From Caedibacter taeniospiralis (GTDB taxonomy: Bacteria; Pseudomonadota; Gammaproteobacteria; Francisellales; Francisellaceae), in the NCBI RefSeq assembly GCF_002803295.2, contig NZ_PGGB02000008.1, positions 54,797-86,796 of the forward strand: 32,000 bases of DNA, read 5' to 3'. Positions 9,232 through 17,726 of the stretch are shown piece after piece. The translations under genes were made by a program, and so were the position numbers. Positions within the stretch are counted from its first letter, which is position 1. Every line of letters starts with the position of its first letter. The notes under the pieces were generated by a model. The model did no database searches and had not been told where the DNA came from. It was given only the letters and a program-made list of their open reading frames with translations.

Positions 9232-10533
9232 TTATTCCTGATATAACGCCAATAAAATCTGATCTTGCAGCTTTGATGCTAAAGCCCTTTGGGACTCAAG
9301 TAAATTACCTAGCAAAATGGAGAAGATATATTCCTTGCCGTTTTTTGCACTTAAGTACCCTGACAAAGCAATACTCGTTGTACCCGTGCCTGTTTTTGCA
9401 ATCACCTTGCCGATAAGTGCCTTTTCAGTACGTGAAGCAAGACTTCCTGATTGACCATACATGGGGAAGCCTTGAACGAAGACTTTAAACGCTTTCTGTA
9501 ATTTCATGTTGTATAACAGCTGAGTTAAAAAATCTGCATTTAACAAGTCATTCTGAGACATCCCCGCACCATCTTCCAACTGGATATTGTCAGTATTAAG
9601 CGCCAGATCTTCTTGTAGTATTTTAAGTAAAGCATTTTTACCACTGACGATGCTGCCAACATGAAATAGCTTATCGCCGATAGTTCTAAGGAGACTTTGT
9701 GCGTATAAATTATCCGAAGTCTGCAGCATATGCTCGATAAGTACAGATAACTTAGCCGAAGCGTGAGTTGTAAGCTCTTTAAGGTTCACATCCTTTGTAG
9801 TAGTTGTTATCTGAATATCACCTTTCAATTCAAGTCCTAGCTCAGTCAACTTGCTGCGTAGCACATTTTTCATCATCAACTTGGGATTCGCAATGGCAAA
9901 CTTAAAGGTGTAATCGCCGCGCGGCAAACACCCCGCTAAGCTTAGCGTATTACTTTTATCCATACTCGCATCAAACTGGCAGGTTTTAAGCATTTCATTA
10001 TCGGCAGCCACAAGATGGTTGTGATAAGTTATTGTTTCACCTGTAATTTGCTGAGCATTAAAGGCATGATCCTGCGTTTTTAATTTTAGAATGACCTGAT
10101 TTTCATTAAGGTTATATGCCGAGCTTGGGACTCCATAGCCAAAAATACTATCACTCTGGCTTTGATTAATCGGATAGTCTCTGCCTTGAAAAACTGAATT
10201 CACAAGACAAACATTCCCGCTGATGCTATGAATACCCTGCTTTTGTAAAGCGGCTAATAGATAAGACAGATCCTTACTGGTCAGGCTTGGATCACCCGAG
10301 AAATCAATGTAAAGGTTATGGATTTCATCTTGATGCTTACGATCATAATAAACCGTTGTTTTATATCGATAGTCCTTGCCTAAACTAAGCAAGGCTGCAG
10401 CAGCTGTGAGCAGTTTAGTGTTACTTGCTGGCATGACGTTTTTGTCACTATTAAAGGCTAAAACAGTTTCTCCGCTACCTGCATCAATCACCTTGACTCC
10501 TAACAGTGCAGAGCCTAGTTTATTATGCTCCAT
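9232..10533 (-). CDS. dacB: D-alanyl-D-alanine carboxypeptidase / endopeptidase (PBP4, DacB family); 5' end appears frameshifted
   Basis: Penicillin-binding protein motifs SxxK (ASNTKLLTAA), SDN (MLQTSDNLYAQSLLR) and KTG (VIAKTGTGTT). The expected signal peptide is upstream in another frame (see findings). Confidence 0.87.
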   Translation of the reverse strand: MEHNKLGSALLGVKVIDAGSGETVLAFNSDKNVMPASNTKLLTAAAALLSLGKDYRYKTTVYYDRKHQDEIHNLYIDFSGDPSLTSKDLSYLLAALQKQGIHSISGNVCLVNSVFQGRDYPINQSQSDSIFGYGVPSSAYNLNENQVILKLKTQDHAFNAQQITGETITYHNHLVAADNEMLKTCQFDASMDKSNTLSLAGCLPRGDYTFKFAIANPKLMMKNVLRSKLTELGLELKGDIQITTTTKDVNLKELTTHASAKLSVLIEHMLQTSDNLYAQSLLRTIGDKLFHVGSIVSGKNALLKILQEDLALNTDNIQLEDGAGMSQNDLLNADFLTQLLYNMKLQKAFKVFVQGFPMYGQSGSLASRTEKALIGKVIAKTGTGTTSIALSGYLSAKNGKEYIFSILLGNLLESQRALASKLQDQILLALYQE

Positions 10534-10558
10534 TGCTTCTATTACCGTGCTTTCCAGC

Positions 10559-10633
10559 TTACCATTTACATGTTCTGCATCTAAATAACTGCACTGATGA
10601 TACTAATAGCAGAATACTTAAAACCGCACGCAT
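10559..10633 (-). pseudogene. dacB: Signal-peptide-encoding 5' fragment of dacB, out of frame with the rest of the gene
   Basis: Minus-strand ATG at 10633 preceded by AAAGGAG gives MRAVLSILLLVSSVQLFRCRTCKW*. Shifting frame near 10582-10588 gives ...DAEHVNGKLESTVIEAMEHNKLGSALLG, joining the dacB ORF. Confidence 0.6.
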
Positions 10634-10657
10634 ACGCCTACTCCTTTGCTAATCAAT

Positions 10658-11680
10658 TCAGACAACAGTAACAGTATTAGTAGCCAACAACAACTTGAGT
10701 TTTTCATAAATTGATTCTGCCAGGATAGATACTTCGCAAGGCGCAAACGCATCTTTGGTAATCGGGCATATTTTTTTCAAACATGGCGAACAGGTGAGCT
10801 TTGAAGAAACGTGCATTACATGCTTGCCAATGACTCCTGTCAGTTTTGCCGAGGTCGAGCCATATATACCTATGACTGGGACTCCACAAGCCGCAGCCAA
10901 GTGTGAAAGCCCTGTATCAACCGAGATAACCGCTACACTTTCGCTAAATAGCTGAGCCAATTGCGACAAGGTCATTTTTTCTAGCACCTCTGCATTGGGA
11001 TTATGCTTGGCAATGGTTTCTGCCTGAAGCCTCTCCTCTTCATTTCCCCAGGGTAGAAGCACCCTAATATCATCCTGCGCCAGTATCTTTGCCAATTTTT
11101 GCCAATGAGCTACTGCCCAGTGTTTGCTAGCCCAAGTCGTTGCATGCAGAAAAACAACTTGTTTTTTGGTCCGCTCTTTTTCCCATCGATAAGAAATACC
11201 ATAGTCAACCTCTGCAGATGGTTCGTAGTTAAACACTTTGGCAAACAGGGATTTAACGCGCAAAATCGCATGCGCTCCTTTAGCAATTGCCATTTTATGT
11301 TTATAGAAAAAACTCGCAAGAGGTTCTCTCACGGAGTCTTTATCTAAGCCATACTTTGGACCTTTAGCGCCTTTACTAATCCATGCGCTTTTTAATAATC
11401 CCTGTGCATCAATGACATAATCATAGCGTCGGGCTTTGAGCTTTTTCTTAAACTTACGGATTTCGGCAAAATACTTAAAGACATTCTTGCGCCACTTGCG
11501 TACTTCAACTTTTAAAACTTCATCGACGGCATCATGCCAGCCTGGGATCTCAGCAAATGCTTTTTCAACCACCCAGTCAAATCGAATGTCGGGGATGTTT
11601 TTTCTCGCTTCGGTCAGTGCAGGCAAGGTATGCAACACATCCCCCAAAGATGATGTTTTGATAATTAAACACTTTTTCAT
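10658..11680 (-). CDS. waaC: Lipopolysaccharide heptosyltransferase I (glycosyltransferase family 9)
   Basis: MKKCLIIKTSSLGDVLHTLPAL N-terminus; HATTWASKHW, VDTGLSHLAAACGVPVIGIYGSTS motifs. Confidence 0.93.
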   Translation of the reverse strand: MKKCLIIKTSSLGDVLHTLPALTEARKNIPDIRFDWVVEKAFAEIPGWHDAVDEVLKVEVRKWRKNVFKYFAEIRKFKKKLKARRYDYVIDAQGLLKSAWISKGAKGPKYGLDKDSVREPLASFFYKHKMAIAKGAHAILRVKSLFAKVFNYEPSAEVDYGISYRWEKERTKKQVVFLHATTWASKHWAVAHWQKLAKILAQDDIRVLLPWGNEEERLQAETIAKHNPNAEVLEKMTLSQLAQLFSESVAVISVDTGLSHLAAACGVPVIGIYGSTSAKLTGVIGKHVMHVSSKLTCSPCLKKICPITKDAFAPCEVSILAESIYEKLKLLLATNTVTVV

Positions 11681-11803
11681 TCAGCTCTGTACTTTTATAT
11701 TTTTGACGACGTCATTCTAATGATTTTTAACCTGCTTTGCTATGACGAAAAGAAAACAATTTTAACGCAATCGTCCCAATAGTCTTGCGACCAGTCTTAT
11801 TAC

Positions 11804-13048
11804 CTATGGGATAGCTTGCTGCTGAGCTTCCTGCGCATAAAGTTTATTACCCTTTAACAGAGGATAGATAATCAAAAAAACCAGCGCAATGATAAGATAA
11901 AACCAATAGTTGCTTGGAAAATCCATGGCGCTATTGATAATCAAAAAGCTGGTGTAAATTGCCATTACCATCACTCCAGAGAGACCATAACTTAGACCTT
12001 GTGCTTTTCCTTGCAGACTAATATCCGTATTTCTCTGCGCCAAAGTAACTGAAATTGCCCAACAGGAAATGCTCATGCCAATGACAAAGTAGAGTATAAA
12101 TGCCACAAGCACACTATGCACTAAGGCTAAAATAAAGTACAAAAACGCTGAAACAATCAACGCATAAACAATGGTTTTTACCTCTCCTTTTTTATCCGCC
12201 ACCCACGGCAAAACGATACAGCCAATGATAAACCCAACTGAGAAACCTGTTTCAATCAAGGCAAACTGCCATGATGTCGCATTTAAAATATTCTTTGCAT
12301 ACGGCGCAATAAAAATAGGTACGATCATAAATAAGCACGTGAAACCAATTTGAGCCACATAAAACCAAAAAGCGTATTTTTTTTGATGTAAGAAACGATA
12401 GACCTCACACCAGTTTTCGATAAACCCATCCTTGTTGCCATCAACTTTTCTTGCGGGTTTGATACCAAAGCTTACTATTAGCGCAATCGTTGTGCCAAAA
12501 AGCAGAAAATAGAGGATCTCGTGCATATTAAAAAACACAACGAGCATTCCACCTAACGACATCCCTGCAACCATACCTATTTCAAAAATACCGTCCATCG
12601 TGCTATTGGCGTATAAAAGCCCGCTGTCATCAACAAACATCTCACGCACCATAATCAACATCGCAGGCATATAAAAGGCTAGAATTAATCCCCAAATACT
12701 GGTAAATAAGTACACTTCAGGTAAGGTATCTAACCGACAGAAAATCAGAAATAACAGCACCAGAATTACGCGCGCACTATTGGTGACAACGATGATTTTT
12801 TGTCGCGAAAACCTGTCAGCAAAATAGCCTGTCACAGGAGATAATATCGAGCCTGACACCCACCAGCTGAACATAAAAATAATAATCGCGCTGACACTGT
12901 TATAAATGCTAAGCAAATGCCAGCTAAAAGAGACATAGGCTACACCCACCGCAATCGCCGAGAAAAAGTTCATTACACAGGAACAACTAAATGATCTGTT
13001 TTTAAATAGCACAGAGCGCTCTTTTAAATAGGATCTCACGACGGTCAC
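11804..13048 (-). CDS. MFS family transporter
   Basis: 414 aa with about 12 hydrophobic segments; GYFADRFSRQKIIVVTNSARV loop motif typical of MFS between TM2 and TM3. Confidence 0.88.
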   Translation of the reverse strand: MTVVRSYLKERSVLFKNRSFSCSCVMNFFSAIAVGVAYVSFSWHLLSIYNSVSAIIIFMFSWWVSGSILSPVTGYFADRFSRQKIIVVTNSARVILVLLFLIFCRLDTLPEVYLFTSIWGLILAFYMPAMLIMVREMFVDDSGLLYANSTMDGIFEIGMVAGMSLGGMLVVFFNMHEILYFLLFGTTIALIVSFGIKPARKVDGNKDGFIENWCEVYRFLHQKKYAFWFYVAQIGFTCLFMIVPIFIAPYAKNILNATSWQFALIETGFSVGFIIGCIVLPWVADKKGEVKTIVYALIVSAFLYFILALVHSVLVAFILYFVIGMSISCWAISVTLAQRNTDISLQGKAQGLSYGLSGVMVMAIYTSFLIINSAMDFPSNYWFYLIIALVFLIIYPLLKGNKLYAQEAQQQAIP

Positions 13049-13123
13049 TCCAAAATAAACATTCCCCGCATTCTGGCAAATATATGCTGGTTCAGCAACT
13101 CAAAATCACTTAAGTCACTGGAG

Positions 13124-13702
13124 TTACTCGGCTTTTCCTTGCTTAAAATGCCAGCGACAAACAGACACATAACGTTCATTTCCTCCAATCTGCAGCTGTT
13201 CACCATCCTTAATGACTTGTCCATTTTCATCCAGGCGCAGAACGTGAGTCGCTTTTTTACCACAATAACAAATGGTCTTGATCTCAATCAGCTGATCTGC
13301 CCACGTCAATAAATACTTACTTCCTTCAAAGGGTTCTGCTTGGAAATCATTGCGAAGTCCATAGGCCAACACAGGGATATTAAGCTCATCAACGATGTCG
13401 GTTAATTGCAAGACTTGTGCTTTTGTTAAAAACTGCGCTTCATCAATCAAAATGCAATGTAATTTTATACTTTGCAGCACGTTGATAACCACCTGATTCA
13501 AATCCGTTGTCTGATCATACCGAAGCGCATCCGCCTGCAACCCGATGCGCGAGGAGATTTTCCCCACCCCAAAGCGATTATCAATACTTGGCGTAAACAA
13601 TAACGTATTCATTCCACGTTCACGGTAGTTGTAATCAGACTGTAATAAGGTTGTACTTTTGCCTGCATTCATCGTTGAATAATAAAAATGGAGTTTTGCC
13701 AT
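13124..13702 (-). CDS. tdk: Thymidine kinase
   Basis: P-loop [25 protein letters not shown] (DEAQ), [18 protein letters not shown], Cys pairs CYCG...C. Confidence 0.95.
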   Translation of the reverse strand: MAKLHFYYSTMNAGKSTTLLQSDYNYRERGMNTLLFTPSIDNRFGVGKISSRIGLQADALRYDQTTDLNQVVINVLQSIKLHCILIDEAQFLTKAQVLQLTDIVDELNIPVLAYGLRNDFQAEPFEGSKYLLTWADQLIEIKTICYCGKKATHVLRLDENGQVIKDGEQLQIGGNERYVSVCRWHFKQGKAE

Positions 13703-13849
13703 TTGTCAGTTATCGTTTATTTCTCTACTAGAGGCATAACTTACTGCATTGTGGCTAAAGTGAAAATAAAAAACTGTTAAAAACAGTTCGTCTTACCCTA
13801 AAAATCCGCTAGGCTGTCTGGCATTACCAGTCAATCACAATAACAGCTG

Positions 13850-14449
13850 ATGAGCCCCAAACTCAAATTTTTACCACTTCTAGTTGTTTTACCCCTAACT
13901 GGTTGCGTGACAGCACCACCCAAGAGTCCAGGCAATGCGTGCGCCATCGCGCAGCAATATCCAAAGTGGTACTACAACTCGCTGGACTCTTATAAAAAGT
14001 GGGGGGTTCCAATTAGCGTGCAATGGGCGTTTATTCGCAAAGAGTCAAGTTTCATTGCCGATGCACGAACTCCCATGCAATACGTTTTAGGCTTTATTCC
14101 CACAGGCAGGCAATCAACGGCCTACGGCTATGCCCAGGCTTTAGATGGCACCTGGGATGAATATCAAAAAGAAACAGGGCGTTCATGGGCAAGTCGCACC
14201 AGCTTTGCTGATGCAGTTGATTTTATCGGTTGGTATGCCACTCGTGCCCAGCGTATTGCGGGGATTTCCAAAGACAATGCCTATCAGCTATACCTTGCCT
14301 ATAACCAAGGGGTCTACGGTTATATGAAAGGCAGCTACAAGGGTAATCAATTCCTTCTAAAATATGCACGTGAAACCCAGGATATAGCTTATCGCTACGC
14401 CTCTCAGCTTCGCCACTGCGACATCCCGTCAAGAGGGTGGTTTTGGTGA
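13850..14449 (+). CDS. Small lipoprotein with transglycosylase SLT-like domain
   Basis: Lipobox LPLTGC; SLT-like FIRKESSFIADARTP, TAYGYAQALDGTWDEY and YLAYNQGVYGYMKG. Confidence 0.8.
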   Translation: MSPKLKFLPLLVVLPLTGCVTAPPKSPGNACAIAQQYPKWYYNSLDSYKKWGVPISVQWAFIRKESSFIADARTPMQYVLGFIPTGRQSTAYGYAQALDGTWDEYQKETGRSWASRTSFADAVDFIGWYATRAQRIAGISKDNAYQLYLAYNQGVYGYMKGSYKGNQFLLKYARETQDIAYRYASQLRHCDIPSRGWFW

Positions 14450-14585
14450 GGATTTTATAGCATTTAATTTAGTTGAGGTTTTGTTGGGATGAAGGCATAA
14501 TCGTCCTAATCAAAGTCACTCTGTCAACAATACGCAAAATGCAAAGCAAAAAAGTCTGCATAATGATTCACGAGAGCTACCTAAG

Positions 14586-15377
14586 GTGGCTAAATTTATG
14601 AGCTATGAAAGTCAAGTATTTAAAGTGCCCCACGAGTCGGAAGATTATGATGAATGCTCTACATTCATAATACAAACCGTTGAGGATATTATAAAAAATG
14701 CCATTGAAAGTGGGAATAATAAAATTTTTATTAACACAAATCTCAAGCTTGGCTTACCCATGGAAAATATCAACAAAATAGCTGGACCCTTTGTTGAAGC
14801 ATGGGCTGCTGAGACATTTCAACTCATTGCAGATAATCAATCAAACAAATATGCACTAATAAATGTTGAAGCAGTTGAGAGATTACACATGGCTGATGTC
14901 ATTTTGCAGTTTAAACGGAAACGCAAAGTTGAAAGCGGAGTTACAGCTGAAATAGATGTAAAAGCAACGGCTGAAGATATTGAAAGCAGCGGAAAATCTC
15001 CAAATATCACCTCTTATGCTCGAATCAGGACTGCATATGTTGAAGACCCAGACTATATATTTATCATCCTGTCCTTAAAGCATAGAGTCTACTCCACACG
15101 TAATAAGAAATCTGGGCTGATGGATGGGATAATGGAGGTTGTAAAATACAACGCATATGATTTGAAATATCTATCATCTAGGGATTTGAATTACAACCCT
15201 GCCTTAGGCACGGGACAAATACAAATAAGAGATATTCACTATGTGGAAATAGAAAAAAGAACTACATGGGAATTTTGTCAACTCCTTGATAGAAAATACT
15301 TACAATCAAGCAAGAGGTCTTATGAGCAATGGTTAGATTTAGCTCAAAGAAAAGAGTGGATTAAGAAAGATGACTGA
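14586..15377 (+). CDS. Putative type II restriction endonuclease (PD-(D/E)xK-like), partner of the downstream methyltransferase
   Basis: Open frame overlapping a DNA methyltransferase start by 8 nt; candidate nuclease core MADVILQFKRKRKVESGVTAEIDVKATAEDI. The listed start is GTG 14586, but ATG 14598 (MSYESQVFKV) has an AAGGTGG ribosome-binding-like sequence 8 nt upstream and is the likelier start. Confidence 0.65.
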   Translation: MAKFMSYESQVFKVPHESEDYDECSTFIIQTVEDIIKNAIESGNNKIFINTNLKLGLPMENINKIAGPFVEAWAAETFQLIADNQSNKYALINVEAVERLHMADVILQFKRKRKVESGVTAEIDVKATAEDIESSGKSPNITSYARIRTAYVEDPDYIFIILSLKHRVYSTRNKKSGLMDGIMEVVKYNAYDLKYLSSRDLNYNPALGTGQIQIRDIHYVEIEKRTTWEFCQLLDRKYLQSSKRSYEQWLDLAQRKEWIKKDD

Positions 15378-16287
15378 TATGAAGCTCATAACGGGAGATG
15401 CGCTACAGAAATTAAAGGAAATAAAATCTCAGTCCGTTGAGTTGATAATCGCAGACCCCCCCTACAACCTTGGAAAAAATTATCAAAATAATATAGATAA
15501 AAGAACCTTTGAAGAGTATCTAACATTTTCACAAGAATGGCTTTCTGAAGCCTCTCGAATCTTGAAACCTAATGGCACAATTTACGTTTTCATGGGATTT
15601 CGATTCATATCCTACTTATACAGTATTCTGGAGCGTAACTTAAATCTCCATTTCAACGGATGGATAGTCTGGCACTATACACAAGGAGTAGGAAAAACGA
15701 AGGGATTCTCCCCTAGACATGATGATATTTTAATGTTTACAAAATCGCCTTCCTTTACCTTTAATTTAGATGATATTCGGGTTCCTCAAAAATACTACCG
15801 ACAAAGAAACAATATGCGTGGAGCAAATCCTGGTGATGTCTGGCAGTTCTCTCATGTACATTACTCAAATCCAAATCGCCAGAATCACCCGACACAAAAA
15901 CCCGAAGGACTTATTGAAAGAATGGTTTTAGCGTCATCTAATGCAGGTGATACTGTGTTAGACCCTTTTTCTGGAAGCGGGACAACCATGCGAGTCTGTC
16001 AGCAAACAAACCGACACTCTATTGGAATTGAAATCAACCCAGAATATATTGAAATGACTAAAAGAAGACTAGCTGAACAATTTAACGGATTTGATAGCGT
16101 GGATCCTCGTATGAGTCGAGTTCCAAATGATTTAAGAAACAATGAGCTCAGAAATGAATACCTTAAAAACCATGTCAAATGGTTTCTAAACAATCACAAA
16201 AATTCGATTAGTGACTTTGGGAAAGAGGTAAAAGCCAAATATGGCTCTAACATTAACGAAAATAGCGAGGTGAATCCTGCGGAATAA
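15370..16287 (+). CDS. Site-specific DNA methyltransferase, beta class (probable N6-adenine)
   Basis: Motif IV (IIADPPYNLGKNY) precedes motif X/I (HPTQKPEGLIERMVLASSNAGDTVLDPFSGSGTT ... SIGIEINPEYIEMTKRRL), which is the beta-class order. Confidence 0.93.
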   Translation: MTDMKLITGDALQKLKEIKSQSVELIIADPPYNLGKNYQNNIDKRTFEEYLTFSQEWLSEASRILKPNGTIYVFMGFRFISYLYSILERNLNLHFNGWIVWHYTQGVGKTKGFSPRHDDILMFTKSPSFTFNLDDIRVPQKYYRQRNNMRGANPGDVWQFSHVHYSNPNRQNHPTQKPEGLIERMVLASSNAGDTVLDPFSGSGTTMRVCQQTNRHSIGIEINPEYIEMTKRRLAEQFNGFDSVDPRMSRVPNDLRNNELRNEYLKNHVKWFLNNHKNSISDFGKEVKAKYGSNINENSEVNPAE

Positions 16288-16324
16288 TAATCCACAGCAC
16301 TCACATCATTTGGATTTAGGTTTT

Positions 16325-17677
16325 ATGACACTATTAAACACCGACACCATCGCCGCAATTGCGACCGCACAGGGAAAGGGTGGTGTGGGTATTATCCGTA
16401 TTTCTGGCAAAGATGCTTATACTATTGCCAGTAAAATAACCCACACCGCACTTAAGCCACGCCATGCGCATTTTCTTGATTTTAAAAATACCAATGATGA
16501 AACCCTGGATCAGGGTATCGCCCTTTATTTTAAAGCACCACACTCGTACACAGGCGAGGATATTGTGGAGTTACAAGCGCATGGCGGTCCCATTGTCTTA
16601 AACCTTATTTTACAGGTTGCTATTGAACATGGCGCGCGTCTTGCCAAACCTGGTGAATTTACCGAACGCGCTTATCTCAATGACAAAATAGATTTAGCAC
16701 AAGCAGAAGCCATTGCTGATATGATCGACGCCTCATCTGAGCAGGCGGCTAAATCTGCAATGCGTTCATTACAAGGAGCATTTTCAAAAGAGATTGATAC
16801 GCTCGTGGAATCGTTAATTCATCTACGCATTCATGTCGAAGCGGCTATTGATTTTCCTGAAGAGGAAATAGATTTCCTCGCGGATGAACATATTAAAACT
16901 CAGTTAACGCATGTTCAGCAAAATGTCCAATCCGTACTCCATAACTCTAAACAAGGTGCGTTATTACGTGAAGGTATTGAAATTGTCATCGCTGGCAAAC
17001 CCAACGCGGGCAAGTCAAGCTTATTAAACGCACTTGCAGGAAAAGAAAGCGCGATTGTTACCGATATTGCAGGTACGACGCGCGACACCTTGCGTGAGTA
17101 TATTCAAATCAATGGCATTCCTGTACATATTATCGATACCGCAGGGTTACGTGTTAGTGACGATATTATTGAAACAGAGGGTGTCAGGCGCGCACTTGAA
17201 GCAATTAAAAAAGCAGATCACATCTTACTTGTGGCAGATATTAACGACACTAAAGATAAAAATATTACCGATCTTGTCCCCGAGTTTTTTGAACACATTC
17301 CAAGCCATATTCCTATTACCTACATCTACAACAAGGTTGATTTAACCAATACAATTCCACAAAACCATGATAATCATCTTTTTATCTCTGCCAAGCATGA
17401 CATCGGCATTGATAAACTCCGTGATTATTTACTCAAAGCCATTGGCTACGAACAAACCTCTGAAGGCATCTTTACTGCAAGAAAGCGCCATATTAACGCA
17501 CTAAATTCCGCGCAAGATCACCTTGAAATAGCAGCCATGCACCTGGCACACAGAAATGGAGAGCTCTTGGCAGAGGAACTAAATCTCGCACAGAAAGGAC
17601 TATCATCCATCACTGGCGAGTTTGGTGCCGATGATTTATTAGGTGAGATATTTAGTAGTTTTTGTATTGGAAAGTGA
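16325..17677 (+). CDS. mnmE: tRNA uridine-5-carboxymethylaminomethyl(34) synthesis GTPase MnmE
   Basis: N-terminal DTIAAIATAQGKGGVGIIRISG, G1 GKPNAGKSSLLNALAG, G3 DTAG, C-terminal FCIGK. The listed ORF begins at 16310 with a non-ATG codon; the ATG at 16325 (MTLLNTDTI) is the likely start. Confidence 0.96.
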   Translation: MTLLNTDTIAAIATAQGKGGVGIIRISGKDAYTIASKITHTALKPRHAHFLDFKNTNDETLDQGIALYFKAPHSYTGEDIVELQAHGGPIVLNLILQVAIEHGARLAKPGEFTERAYLNDKIDLAQAEAIADMIDASSEQAAKSAMRSLQGAFSKEIDTLVESLIHLRIHVEAAIDFPEEEIDFLADEHIKTQLTHVQQNVQSVLHNSKQGALLREGIEIVIAGKPNAGKSSLLNALAGKESAIVTDIAGTTRDTLREYIQINGIPVHIIDTAGLRVSDDIIETEGVRRALEAIKKADHILLVADINDTKDKNITDLVPEFFEHIPSHIPITYIYNKVDLTNTIPQNHDNHLFISAKHDIGIDKLRDYLLKAIGYEQTSEGIFTARKRHINALNSAQDHLEIAAMHLAHRNGELLAEELNLAQKGLSSITGEFGADDLLGEIFSSFCIGK

Positions 17678-17726
17678 CGTACAGTGCAACTTATTTTTCC
17701 TTGCTTATTACATTAATAACGTTCGA

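Noticed and set aside
13045-13287. 80-aa minus-strand ORF overlapping tdk
   Set aside because: It overlaps the C-terminal coding region of tdk in another frame and has no family resemblance.
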